From Hemiscyllium ocellatum (Eukaryota), in contig NW_026867489.1 of the NCBI RefSeq assembly GCF_020745735.1, forward strand, positions 372,001 through 427,541: a stretch of 55,541 nt of DNA, read 5' to 3'. The position numbers and the translations under genes are program-made. Positions 1 through 13,131 of the stretch are shown here, piece by piece. Position 1 is the stretch's first letter, and each line of letters opens with the position of its first letter. The notes below the pieces were generated by a model. That model searched no databases. It was not told the DNA's origin and saw only the letters and a list, made by a program, of their open reading frames with translations.

Positions 1-1597
1 GCCGAGTAGATTTGCAAAGGCTTTTTTCATTAAACAATATCACAAGGAAGATTAGTGTGGAGGAATTAGTGAAGTTTTTCACAAGATATGGGCTCCTGAC
101 AGAGATAAGATTAGATCAAGGGTCGAACATCACTCAAGAGTAGTCACGAAAGTTTTGGACAGCTTAGAAATAAAACAACTCAAATCTACTTCGCAATATC
201 TAGAACTGCAGGGAGTGGTGGATACGGGGCATCCAATATTTAAGACATTGTTGAACGCCTATAGTCATTACTATCTCGATGACTGGACGAAGAGAATTCC
301 GTTTGAGCTTTTTTGTGTTCAGAGATAGACCAAATGACTCGACCAAACGGGGTCCATTTAAATTATATTTTGGTAAAAAAGTGAGAGGACCGTTAAAATT
401 GATTAAAGCGAAGTTGGTACTGAGAATTCAGAAATCATATATTTGTATTATGTGTCAAATTTTAAGGAAAGATTAAATAGAGCTAGGTAGTTGGCTAGAC
501 GGGTCCTTATAGTACAACAGCATACAATGAAAAAGGAAGCAGCCAAAAATCAAAGATGAGCAATTTTGCTCTCGGGGATAATGCATTAATGTTAATTCCA
601 GTGATACACGAACCTGTAAGAGTAAGAATTTATGGACGTCATCAAGTCTGAAGGAGATTGAGTAAGGTGAACTCTTTGATAAGTACTCTAAATATAAATA
701 TTTCTTAGCGACTGTCTTGTGCATATGATCAAAAAGGTATTGAACAGGGAAGGAAAGCGAGAGGAGAACTTGTTAATGATTACAACACATGGGGAAGAAC
801 CAAGTTCAGAGTATTCTGAATTAGACATCCATCAAGTTAAATTAGACAGTGAGGAAATTGTCATGAATTGGGAAAAATAATTGAGTTAACCTTCCACAGT
901 AAAACCGAAAATATCTGAAATAGTTATTTCTGACACATGGGAAGATAAAGGGAATTATGCTGGTACGTACTAACCTAATTATGAATGAAGTAGATACTGC
1001 TTATCCAGTTAAGAAACATCCTTATAGGCATGACAATCTAACGTTGTCACGTGTTCAAACGGAAATTAATCACATACTCCAAGGCATATTTGATATGAAT
1101 TACAGTGACTGAAGCTCACGCATAGCAATGGTGCCAAAACCAAATGATACACAAAGGTTATGCGTGGACTCCTGCAAAGTCAATGCAATTACAAAATCTG
1201 ATGCAGGTCAGATTCTGCGATTGAATATTGTGTTGGAAGTCGTGACAAGTGACATATTTCTAAGTTGGACTGGTTTGGACGATACTGGTTGGTAGCTTTG
1301 TCAGAAATAGAAAACACACTTTCGGCTTTCTTTATGCCGAATTGATTGTATGAGTTTCAAGTCATGCTACTTGGCATGAAAAATGCGCCAGCCCCTTTTC
1401 AGAGACCAACCAATAAGGTCCATGCCGGTTTATCAATATGTTTTGTAAATATGGATGATCCGGCGATTTCTGGTCTTCATTATATGTGATACAGAAGGGT
1501 CATTTACAACACTTGTCAGGCTTTTTCCATCAACTTTGGAAGGCTGGTTTGGCGATAAACCTGGATAAAAGTGAGTTTGCTAAAGCCTGGTCACTTT

Positions 1598-1816
1598 GAG
1601 CTGAAAATGTGTTTCTGGAAAAGCGCAGCAGGTGAGGCATCATCCCAAGGAGCAGGAGAATCGATGTTTCAGGCATAAGCCCTTCTTCAGGAATCCCTTC
1701 AGGCTCGTGCCCAAAACGTCGATTCTCCTGCTCATTGAATGCTGCCTAACCTGCTGCGCTTTTCCAGCAACACATTTTCGGCTCTGATCCCCAGCATTTG
1801 CAGTCCTCACTTTTTT
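1598..1816. mobile_element. Penelope-like-derived palindromic insertion with hammerhead-ribozyme core, inserted in the Gypsy RT
   Basis: Two ~93-bp inverted arms plus a short T-rich tail. Flanked by a 12-bp target duplication (cctggtcacttt 1586-1597 / cctggtaacttt 1817-1828). The minus strand at 1666-1690 reads CTGAAGA-AGGGC-TTAT-GCCT-GAAAC. Confidence 0.75.
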
Positions 1817-2820
1817 CCTGGTAACTTTCCCAGGCCATGGTATTGAACACGGATAATGACCCCATGGGATGCAAAAACAGAGGTAATTGGAGAGTTTTCC
1901 CAAACCATCTACAAAAAGAACTCGTCTCCTGTTCCTAGGATTGAGAGAATGCCATCGAAACTTTATACCAAATTTTAGCAATATGACTGTTCCACTCACT
2001 GAATTGTTAAAGATAAACAAGACGTTTCAGTGTACAGCAGAATGTCAGAATGCATTTGACAACCTCAAAACTATGTAAACCATTGACCTTATATTACCCT
2101 CACCTAATTTCGGAAGGCCATTCAAGGTGACTATCGAAGCGAGTGGTGTGGGTTTAGGTGCTGCACTCTTCCAAGAAGACGATGAGTAGATAGAAAGACC
2201 TATCTGGTGTTTGTTCAGGAAGTTGAATGTTCAAAAGCAGAAACAATCGACTTTTGAGAAGCGGACATGACCATGGTGCTGACGTGGCAACATTTCAATG
2301 TTTATATTATCAGTAATGTATCTGAAACAAGCATATACCCTGCTTAGAACACATTGATTTTTATGGAGAAATTTATGAACAAAACTAACAGACTGCTACG
2401 ATCGAATTTATTGTTACAGCCAGTAATTTTGAAAGGTTTGCAAGTGGTAGGACGAGAAAGCACGATTGCCAACTTATTGTCGAGAATCGAATGAGAAATG
2501 GAGGCATTCGGTGGCAGCAGTAAAACAAACAAAAACGGAGCGGGGTTGCGCTCGTTTGCATGTTTATAGTGTTTATGCGTGTTTCAAAGTACTCAGAAAT
2601 ATTTTAAGGAGTTTGAAAATGAAGCCACCTTTGGATATTGTTGGTTCGTTATTTTTCACGGGGCAAGTGTGATGAAGCTGTTCCTTTATCAAGATTATGC
2701 AGACCTTGGTTTTCTTTTGAGTGGTCCTAAATGACAGACAGCGAAAAGTCTGGGCTGTTGGGTTTTAGGGCTATTCTGTTAATAACTAACAGACACTGCA
2801 TCTGGTGAGGCTTTCAAGTT

Positions 2821-2823
<3 letters not shown>

Positions 2824-2856
<33 letters not shown>
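2824..2856. repeat. (CT)n microsatellite
   Basis: Pure TC dinucleotide run. Confidence 0.97.
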
Positions 2857-2861
<5 letters not shown>

Positions 2862-3567
2862 TCACACTGTAAGAATTTGAGTTGGATTTTAAATTTTGTA
2901 CCAAGGATGTTTTTGGGGATTGCTGCAAATATCTGCTGCAGCATCATTTAGTTGGAATGATCTGTTGAATTTTCGGAAAGGTTAATTTATTCATCACTGA
3001 GAGAGCAGTGTGTAAAACATACAGCATCAACAATCAAATTAAGACATCATTCTTGAGGACTGAGTTCAAACAGTTGTACTGGATGCTGGGTCTTCTTGAG
3101 GATAATGTTACATTGCAGGCGATCATGAAGTAGCGACTGTTTTGGACAGAAACGATATGTCTGAGAAATAAAAATGGCAGAGGAGCACAGAGTGAAGAAG
3201 GAAGGCTGGAAGGAAAGGAGACAGTAAAGAATGAAAGGATGTGAAAAAAGCTGCGAAGAAATGAAATAGGAAGAGTCTTAAATAAACTAACAATTGTCAC
3301 TTGGACAATAATATTGCAGACTGAAAGGATTTAGGGAGTGGCGTTGGAACGGGATGTTGATCATGTGTTCACCTCTCATCAAGAAATGACGAATATCCAA
3401 TCGTTCTAGATTTGCTTGGGATCGATTACAATTAGTTGTCAGAAGTGGAAAATAGGCGTTCTATCAAATTGCTATTTGTGCTGGGTTTCCACAACGTTCT
3501 ATATAAGGTACACATTGGAGGAGTACATACTGAGCATGAAACAACATGAGGAGATATTTCTTCCCCC

Positions 3568-4469
3568 TCACCATTTAAAGCAATTGCTGAGTGTGACAAA
3601 TGAGTAGATCAGAATATTCTTCAACTCCTCTCGATACATATTTTGAGATATTATATATATAAAGACGTTGTTGCAGGAACTTAGTAACTGAAGTGTATTG
3701 GCTGTCTCTTGGAAAATATACTGAGGGTCACTGAAATCAAGGCCACCGAAGTAGCTCTCGTCTGTTAGCTGCATATAGATGAAATGACCAACCAGAGGGG
3801 CCCACAGGAGGAGAAAGCTGATAGAGATGCTGAACAGCAGAATAATGGACCTCTTGCGGTTGTTCATCTCCAAGTCTTGCTGCCTCTCGGCTCCCTGGAG
3901 CCTCCTTCGGGCTCTGTTGGCCGCCACGATCTGTCTTATGGTCAGGGCATTGAGTAGCAGAATGGCGAAGAATGGGAGAAAAGGTGTATAGATCTGGAAG
4001 AACCAATCATAAGCCTGCCACGCTGGTGAGATGTAATAGTTGGCTTTGATGTTGCAAAACCAGGATATCCCATCTAAAATGTAGATGGGTTCATAGACAA
4101 AGTAGTTTGGAATATTTTTGATGCAGCAAAATGCACAGACTATTCCGATGATCAAAGAAGCAGTCTTCGCTGTACAGTACCTGTTCTTCAACTTCGGGCA
4201 ACAGATGGCCACAAAACGGTCAAAGGTAAAGACGACTGTTAGCCACACCGAGCAATCCCAGGTGGCAAAGATGAGCACAATGCTCAGAGTGCATGCAGGA
4301 GTGGTAGACAAGATAGTTGCCCGGAAGTAGATGCGGCTGATTCGGTTAAGGATGACTGCAATGGTGATGACAAGGAAATCAGTGACCGCGATTGCCACCA
4401 GGTAGTAGGTGATGCATCGGGAAAGACCGCACCGTCCTCGAGACAGGACGATGATCGCCAACAAGTTGG
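3568..4469 (-). CDS. Exon 2 of an intact class A orphan GPCR (chondrichthyan GPR139/GPR142-like expanded family), 323 aa with exon 1
   Basis: The 298-aa ORF has seven hydrophobic segments, TDFLV (TM2), FTFDRFVAIC (TM3 DRY-like), FLLLWAP (TM6) and SCNNVFIY (TM7). A polypyrimidine-CAG acceptor at 4470-4471 gives phase-1 CC AAC TTG. TGA stop at 3568-3570. Confidence 0.93.
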
Positions 4470-4857
4470 CTGTGAGAGATCAAAAGAGAAAAATATAACT
4501 GAACTTATTCCAAACATTACCTGCTGCTTTGTGCAAACTTCAAACATCAACATATCACCTCTAGTCTCTTTTCTTTAACTGTAGGCAGATTTTGGACATC
4601 CAGTGCAGCATGAAATATCTATCAATGCAATAAGTTCTGAGAATAAGTAGTGCTCTCTGGTCACTGAGTAAGAACCAGCTGCGAATTGTCTAAGTCAGGG
4701 AAAGTGGAATAATGTGATGTTCATGAATTATTCGTACCAAGCCCAGCCAACTTTCAATTCATAGATGTGAACCCCCTTCTCGACGGATGTCTCATTCTGT
4801 GCAATCTCATCTTTGGACTTTTCAGAAATTCTAGTGATTGACTACATCCATTCCGTA

Positions 4858-5077
4858 GGGTAAAAAATGAGGTCTGCAGATGCTGGAGATCACAGCTGAA
4901 AATGTGTTGCTGGTTAAAGCACAGCAAGTTAGGCAGCATCCAAGGAATAGGAAATTCTACATTTCGGGCATAAGCCCTTCATCATTCCCGATGAAGGGCT
5001 TATGCCCGAAACGTCGAATTTCCTATTCCTTGGATGCTGCCTAACCTGATGTGATTTAACCAGTAACACATTTTCAG
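4858..5077. mobile_element. Penelope-like-derived palindromic insertion in the GPCR intron
   Basis: Inverted arms centred near 4985. 16-bp TSD (ctacatccattccgta 4842-4857 / ctacttccattccgta 5078-5093). Both arms carry (C/A)nGATGA-AGGGC-TTAT-GCCC-GAAA hammerhead-like cores, each with a change in the first core bases. Confidence 0.78.
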
Positions 5078-6115
5078 CTACTTCCATTCCGTAAAACCAT
5101 ACAATGATCTGAAATCTCAACTAACTTCAGTCTGTTTTTCGTGTGTCGGAAAATTGATAATTCAAGATGTGTCAGTTATAGATTTATCTCGGAAATCCGC
5201 TCGCAAAACTATCTGGAATTATGAACTCGGCTTCTCCGTTTCTGTTCCCTTCTTTCATGCATTCGGTTGATCAAAACTTTTGGCATTATCGCATGTGTCC
5301 CGAGATTAAATTGGTTTACTTAATTTGTACTGATGAATGCGAAATACAGTGAGGTATTTTGAGGTCAAATGTAACCGGACATTTTAATGATTGTAAACAA
5401 CCCTTTTCTGGGAATTATTTAAAAATACAATTATCCAACATATGCCAAACATTGATGCAGAGAATCAATTTAACAATGATATAAAAATATTGCATCGCCA
5501 CTAACGTCTTTGAATTAAATTCGAATGAATTCCTAAAAAAACATTCAAAATGGCACCATCCGGTGGGAACTGTATACTTTATCACATCCTGTCAAAGCAT
5601 GCACTGTAAGCTAATATGATCACTGAATGTATGTTTATAATACAAAACATCTCATAAGGCATGAAACAAAAAAATCAACTTCACGTACTGCAGCGTGGAA
5701 AAAAAGTTCACTGCACTATGAAAAAGTAAAAATCCTACAATCGACTAAAACGCTAGATTACAGTTCTCTGAATTGGAATGGATGTTATTGTGGAACAATG
5801 TTATGGTTTAATATTGACGCATAGTTGCTTATCACAATTCGGCGTCTAATTGACATTTTTCCAAAAAATACACAGAATACAAGAAACAAGAACAGTTTGT
5901 GTTTCCTTGTAATGAAATTGCAAGTAATGCATGATTATATGCCTTGGCAAGCAAAGATCGCGAATGCAATATATGCATGGAAATCCCTTTGAACTCCCTT
6001 AAAATCCAATTGTGGAATATTGGAAAAATTCTGCCTAATCATGAAAGGGAAAGTATGAAATTTCTGGAAATACATGATCGGGTGAAAACCTTTTTCTCGA
6101 GTATCAGTGACTTAC

Positions 6116-6185
6116 CAGTAGCGCCAACAGCCGCGAGAATTGAATAGCAAATGATAAAGAAGGGGGCAGTGACTGGTGCATGCAT
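6116..6185 (-). CDS. Exon 1 of the GPR139-like GPCR (MHAPVTAPFFIICYSILAAVGAT)
   Basis: ATG at 6185 and a 70-nt exon ending G|GTAAGT. Splicing to 4469 restores an in-frame TM1 (YSILAAVGATANLLAIIVLSRG); total 972 nt = 323 aa + stop. Confidence 0.88.
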
Positions 6186-7330
6186 CCTCATTCAAAATCG
6201 AGAGGAATTGACTGTCGCTGTAAAAGTTCGTTCCGTGACATATTCAAATAGTCACTTATTTATTCTGAGTGGTAGTCTCGAGAGGGACAATTAAATAAGA
6301 ACGCACACCTTACTTACAGTTCGCTAAACCAAGAAATTAACTGTGATTCATGCCTTTAAACAGGTTGCATGATTGTATTTCATTTTGCGACAGGGTCGTT
6401 GCAATTTCTCTGGTTCATCCGAATGAACAATCCAAACTCTATTTCTGTATCAAGTAGATCCATCAATGGTAGACATCGAGCTGGTTTTCTGTCTCCAGAC
6501 TTTCTTTCTGTTTTTCATTTCTGCTATTTCCCAGTTGAATCCATTATGTCAAGCATCACCTTAGGTTTTCCTTTGCGTTCATCCTTATGTGTTTTACTGC
6601 CTGACATTTTAACACTAAGAAAATATTTTCATCAATTTGCATTTGAACTTTTAGAAAATAAAGTTTGCAAACATGTGGTGTTAATGTGATTGGGACTTTC
6701 AAACACAGGTGTTGTCACATTGAAACTGAAAAATTCTTCATTTGATCTGAACAATCTGAAACCTGGCATGGGTGTTCAAGTGCTGAAGTTCGTGTTCAGA
6801 TCTGCTGGTTCTGGAACAATTGGACAATGTTAATGTTTAATTTCACGAGAGAAACAAGAGGCCCACGCTAAACTGGAAGTTGGGTTAAAATATGTTGCCA
6901 GATTTACCAGGAAAGCAGACTTGGTCAATGTAATGCAGAATTTTCATATCATCCTCAGGAGCAATTGAAACAAAACTAATTCATGGAAATTTCCTGTAAC
7001 AATACAGGCACGCCAGGAGCACTATGAACAAAGACATAGTCTAATCCAGTAATTAACACGTTTTCATAATGCCATGGGCACTGTGTCGAGAAAAAAAACA
7101 ACTAAGACAGTGTCTAAATTCACAGATCAGAGACATGGTGCAACTCACTGTAAACAGAGAGAGGGTGTAGCGCAATATCAGCAAAAATGAGAGAAATGTC
7201 AAAGGGAAATTAAGTGTAATCAAGGTCACAGCTGTCATCGGAGTCGTTGACATCGTGTCCAGTCGAGTAAAACAATTAGGTGGACAGTTTCAGCGATAAC
7301 TGTGGGAAGGCATTAAGTACGACATAAATG

Positions 7331-8285
7331 ATAGAACATCGAATAGGGAATATAGAACAGTACAGGTCATTGGGCCCTCGATGTTGTGCTGAACGATTAT
7401 CCTACTCTCTGTCCGGACTAACCTACGATATCCTTCAGAGTACAATGTTCCATGTGCCTATCCAATTGAAACTAAAATATCTCTTAAGTCTCTGATTCTT
7501 CTTCGACTGCTTGCATTGTACTCCACTCATTCAGCATTCTCCAGTAAAGAACCTTCCCATGAACTCTCCCCTAAATCTTCCTCTAATCAACATAAAATTG
7601 TGCCACACATGATAGCCATTTCCACCCTGGGAAAAAGTCTCTGGCTATTCATTGCATCTATCCCTCTCATGATCTTGGGCACGTCCAACAAGTCACCTCT
7701 CATCCTTCTTCCCTCCAATGAGGAAAACACTAGTTCCTTCAAATTTACTTCATAAGACTCGCCCTCCAGTTCAGGAGGCATCCTCGTAAGTCTCCTCTGC
7801 ACACTCTCTACAGCTTCACATCCTTCCTATAAAGAGGCGAACAGAACTGAGCAAAATATTCCAAGTGTGGTCTGACCAGGCCTCTATGTAGCTGCATCAT
7901 AGCCTCGTAGCTCTCAAACACAATTCCTCAACTAATGAAAGCTGACAAACATACCGCTGCTTCCAGAATCTTTCGACTTGAATGAGAACTTCGAAAGATC
8001 TATGGACATGGACCCAAAAATACCGCTGTTCCGACGTAATTACCAAGTATCCTGACACTAACTCTATTTTCTGCATTCAAAATCGAACTTGCAAAGCGAA
8101 TTTCTTCGTTCTTTTCCGGTTTGAATTCCATCTACCTCTTCTCCGCCAATGTTTGCATCCTGTCAATGTCCCATTGCAGTTTGCAACAGCCATCCACACT
8201 ATCAACAATTCCACACACCTTTGTATAATCGACAGGCTTATTAACCCAGATTTCCACTTCCTCATCCAAGGTCAGTGAATATATA
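7331..8285 (-). mobile_element. CR1-type LINE 3' fragment(s), degenerate
   Basis: Minus-strand translation gives ORF2 C-terminal motifs (QRRLTRMPPELEGESYEVNLKEL..SLEGRRMRGDLLDV.KIMRGID) and RT residues (DLDEEVEIWV..K..GIVDSVDGC.KLQ.DID). The tail resembles (TTCTA)n. Confidence 0.8.
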
Positions 8286-9051
8286 GGTCAATGTGCAGTT
8301 TCACACCTTCAGTATGCAAAATTGACAAAATGAATTATTACTGTCCGCCTGTGGAAGAACTGTTGAGCGTGAATTCTATTTCCCACCTCTCCACAAACCT
8401 GGCTTTCTGTCCACATTAATTCAGTGGCTGGTGTTTGATATCTCTATTTGTAAATTTGTCTACTTTTTCTCTTCAATTTTTTTTTCAAGTGTCAGGTTAC
8501 TTTACATATTTAGTTTATTTGTTAGAGTACACATACTTATTGCGTCAACATGACGTAAATATTTCAATAGGTATATAGCTGATGAAAATGAAATTACTGT
8601 TAGCCAATATAGGAAGGCATCTGAGTTCGTGGCCATTCCAATTTCAGGAGCATGCAGTAACTACAGTGTGCAACTTTTCCTGAATCCAACCACGTTCGCA
8701 ATAAGGGTCAGCAAATGTTCTACTCTAATAAACAAATGCTCTAAGCAAAGTATTTGTCAGGTGAAGTAACAACTGAAATATGGCTTTGGAAGGAGACACT
8801 AACGGCGACACTATCAGTCCCATTGCAAAAATATCTGCTTTAGTGTGCTAAGAAGCGAGCGAGCTCAAGGTAATGTGAACAAAAACAAGGGTGCTGTGAT
8901 TTAACTTTAAACAAAAAATGAACAACCGTTTATGTGATAAAAGTCAAGATAGATTGACTGCAATGCATACTCAGTTATGGTAGAATGCTGCATTTCACGT
9001 TTTGTGACATGACCATGAGTTTGTGCGACTTCAAGGGCAAGTGCCGAGTGA

Positions 9052-9320
9052 CACTGAGGAGCTCAGTGGTTAGCACTACTGCTGTATAACTTTACACACT
9101 GAGTTCGAATCTACCGTAGGGCGACTACTTGTGTGGACCTTGAACATTCACTCCATCCATTTGTTGGATTCCTCACATTGGAAAAGCGTACAGGTTAGCT
9201 GCATTGGGCTGGGGTGTGCAAATGGGTAATGTAGGGCTGATCTGGCTATGACGTTCTTCGCAACGTCGATGTGGTCTTGATGGGCCAAATAGCGTGCTGT
9301 CACGTTTCGAGAATTCTAGT
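9052..9320 (+). mobile_element. Old tRNA-derived SINE (HE1/V-SINE-like), degenerate
   Basis: A-box-like agctcagtggttagcact and B-box-like gagttcgaatc. The body and the 3' end (gatgggccaaat) resemble the intact copy at 21596. Confidence 0.65.
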
Positions 9321-11207
9321 GTAATTCACACAAATAAATGGTCACGTAAACTACTTAATAGAGATGATTTACAGTAGTACTACAGAGATAGGTTCAAGGA
9401 GATATTGGAAGGTGCATCTCACGCATTGTTAGCTGAAGGTAACGTTATAATACAGGGATCCATTAAATTGGAGGGAGCAACAGAAAATATAGTGATATAT
9501 TGAGTCAATATTTTGAGTGAGATTTACAGTGAACTTTGCAGCAAAGAGACAGATACCGCAAGAATATGTTGCCCAATTAATGTCACAGTTTCCGAGACGT
9601 GCCAAATGATGGATAAGCAGAATGAGGAGCAGGCATCAAATAAAGATACAGATGGTGTGATGGGGGATTTCAGACAAGAGGAATTAATGGATGCTTCAAA
9701 GATTGCGGTGGGAAAAAATGAGTTCCAATTGCTGGGCTATAGTGTCAGCACTGGGATAAGTGGAAGTTGTTCCGTTCTGATTGCCGACATCTGTGCTTTG
9801 CTGAGATCTGTGTCACAGAACGTTTAGGGAAGTAGTGAGGGTTCCGAACCTTGTCAGGGCAGGATTACATTTTGGAACATTGATTTAATCAAAGAATATA
9901 GCAAAGGCATTCTTTTGGAAAATAATCAACTGCGCGTGACTAGTTGGGGCAGAAAGTGCAAACTTATATATAAACCAACAGATAAAAGCAGAACTTACAG
10001 GGACAATGAGCAGGCAAAATGCAAATATTGCAATCAAAACAAAGGAAGAATGTCAGTCAACATGGCAAGTTAAATTGAAATAAGCAAGTATAATCTGATA
10101 TTTATTGCAGAGACATATTACCCACAACTCGTAATTTGAAAACAGATGCATAAATTCACTGATAGCGTGCAATACAGGGTTGTGCAAAACATTTACATTT
10201 TGTCTCAGTGTTGCACTTTCTCAGTCAGAAAATTAGATTCAAACAAACCCATCAATGAGTCGCTCTCCTTCAGCTAATGGTTAAGGAGAACAGGAAAAAT
10301 AAAAGAGTGGGGTTTTATAGTCGGCTCACTAAAAACTTATTTACATAATCACCGAGTGAATGAGTCACAAATGAATGTCAGACCAACATCTGAAATCTTT
10401 GTCCAGCAAGGTGATTGAAAAGTTGATTCATGTGAATCTGCAAACGAACACTCTATGGAACTTGGATTACTGAGTAACTTGTTTTGTGTATCAGTTTTGT
10501 AATTCATTTTGTGTTGGGTATTGAACGGAATCTGATTTCAGAATTTGTACAGAGAGCAGGTCAATATAACATCAGGAGTACATGCTGACGGAAATGAATG
10601 ACATAATCGAGGATCAGGTGCAGGTATGAATAAGTATAAATTTGTTTCTGTAATTTTCTGTTGGTAGTTAAGCCCTTCTTCATACAATATGAAGGGGAAT
10701 GATGCAAGCACTTATCACAATTAAAACATGAAACGGAAATCTATTTCAATAATAACGATAAAACGGTGACTACAGAGCAACATGAATTGTCCATGCAAAC
10801 AATGTTGGAAGAAATGGGGGAGAATTTGTAAACTACACTTGAGCTGTGCAAGTGTTCAACCTACAATCTCCTGATTTGTAATCAGACACGTTATCCATTG
10901 GCCCAGGTCTGACATGCTGCCCTTGACTCACTTCTTGAAGAGATGCAGTGTTAACAAGTGCATGTGTGATCTTTTATTGCGTCAAATGGTTGTCAATCTT
11001 TCGAATTCTCCAACCCATATTTGTGTGGATGCTCGCTGGATATGCGTATCTGATATAGGAGCATTTGGAATTCTATCGGGTTCAGGTGGTAATCTCGTAT
11101 TGAGGCTCGTGACTCATCGGGTGGTAATGTTGAAACATGAGGGTGGAAGGGGCCAAAGAACCCACATTGCTACTGTGTTTCTGTCTCATTGAAGTGACGA
11201 TACTGGT

Positions 11208-11221
11208 GCATTAGAGGGCGC
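11208..11221 (+). promoter_or_regulatory. CTCF-like motif
   Basis: GCATTAGAGGGCGC against the consensus CCASYAGRKGGCRS (2 mismatches). Confidence 0.35.
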
Positions 11222-13131
11222 TTGAGTGGTACCATTTTCGAGGGGTGGGTTCACGTTTCAGACTCTTTGAAACGCAGCGTTGATATTGATTCAAATTTGA
11301 GGTGTTTCTGGATGTGTTGGAATAAGCGAGTGAGGTACCACTGAATTTGGGATCTGATCAGTAGAGCAAGAAACTCCACTCTCTGCCATTGTGAGGTATT
11401 TGTTGATTTGCTTCCAAGAAACCAGCAGAGACCCGCCTGTGGAACGTTTTTCGAAATAGCCTAAATGAATGTCAGTTACATGTTTCCAAGTCACTGTTGA
11501 TCGAATGGTTAAGGAAGTGTGTTTATGACCAATGAAAATGGATCCTCTTTCGTGCTCAATATATCAAATTTAATTGATAATGTTACTTTGCATTACTGAC
11601 AATAACAATGCTCCTGCAGAATCGCTCAGAATTTACAGGGACATAAAACGAACTCAGTTCTACTTTTCCTATCCTTCTTAAGGATCCAGAAATTCGCTTC
11701 CACAGAGGGAACAGCATCTTACCGAGATAGGGGACATCTTTTTAATCGGTGTCCCAATCCCCATTGTAACAAATACATAGTTGAGCATAGAGTTTCATTT
11801 AAAAAAAGTGAAGAAAATAAAGAAGACATGTGAATTGAATATATTTCATCACAGACTGTTACAGCCGATTGTTTTGATGCTGTTGGCTGGCTTCCCTCTG
11901 AGCCAGTGCAGTTGGCTTCACCTGCGATGTGAAAACAATACTGATTTTGGTAGAATTGCTTTGTCTCTAAAGGTGCTGCTTTTAAAGTCAGAAATTTGCT
12001 TTCCTTTCAACAGTTTGCACAATAAGAATCCAGTTTCCTGAACAGGGATTGAAGCAAGGCAATGTCTGCGAAAAAGCAAATTCGTCAGAACTAAAGCATC
12101 TGGAAAGATATTGGTCAATCTTGTACCTTCCTTAACGACAAGTGTTCTCTGGAAGCCCAAAACCCCGGATTGGTCTCACTGATTTAGTTTGCAGTATGCA
12201 GAAGGGAGCTCGACAGCAGCAGAAAAACAGAGGAGACTGAAGCAGGCCGGAGGAAAAGAATGAAGAGCTGAACTTGGAGTTCAACCCAGTGATCATTGAA
12301 CGTGCGTGAGACAGGGATTTATTAACTTGGACAAACGAGAAATAATCAGACATACATGAATCATGTGAATTTCAGAGAAGAAAATACTATATTCCTCATG
12401 TCAAAATAAGGTTACTGAAAATGCTATTGCACTGCTGAGCGCTAGCAACGCTGGGTTTATAGAATTTATCATGCCAAATAATTTTTATTTGCTTGGAGTT
12501 CAGTAATCTCAGGAACACGATCAAGAGAATTGACAAAAAGGAGAAACACACGTTCGTTTGTACATTGAACTTTAGTACAATCTAGAATTTCCAATGTAAG
12601 TGGAAGTTAATTCAGTACTAACTTTCAGAATGGTATTGCATAGAAACTTGGAAAGTAAAACAATTTGCACAGCTACAGCATATGGCAAAAGCTGTGGCTG
12701 TGAATCCAACGACACAAATGTTTCAAAGGGCAATCAAAGACATAATAGTCAAAATAGCCTCAATCTGTTTTATATTATTACGCAATTCTTGATCTATTAT
12801 TCTCCCCCACCCCCCTCCCCACGTATCTTTTCGTCAGCGATTCTGTGCTTGCGGGCAAGATGGTCACAGGCATGTCAGCATCCAACAGGCCCGGATGCAG
12901 CTGTGCACAGCTTCTCTTCTCACATGAGGCATTGAGTTTGCTCAAAGCCTAATCTCCTGCAGTTCTGCCAACAGCTTCCGCTTGCTGTCATGGATCTGAC
13001 ACGCCCTCCCTTCTCGCTGATACTGCTAAGATCGCTGCAGCCGTCACTGTAGTCATTGAGTGGGACAGTTTTGACCAGGATCTCCGACAAAGAGTTTCAT
13101 GGAGTGCAGAATTAACTACAAAGATAGCACC

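Larger units (their letters stand above)
1..3380 (+). mobile_element. Degraded Gypsy LTR retrotransposon, Gmr1-like domain order (integrase - RT - RNase H - putative 3' LTR); 5' end outside window
   Basis: Broken translations give an integrase core at 1-470 (FFTRYGLLTEIRLDQGSN...PFKLYFGKKVRGPLKLIK). RT follows at ~1010-1900 (KKHPYR...IAMVPKPNDTQRLCVDSCKVNAITKSDA; VNMDD for YxDD) and RNase H at ~2110-2490 (PFKVTIEASGVGLGAALFQED...ANLLSRI). A purine-rich tract precedes TG at 2668. The LTR end is approximate. There are many stops and frameshifts. Confidence 0.8.

Noticed and set aside
9330-10200. Host coding exon (ORF 9513-9827)
   Set aside because: The sequence looks like scattered, heavily decayed LINE fragments with no recognisable protein. 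It is too weak to annotate with boundaries.
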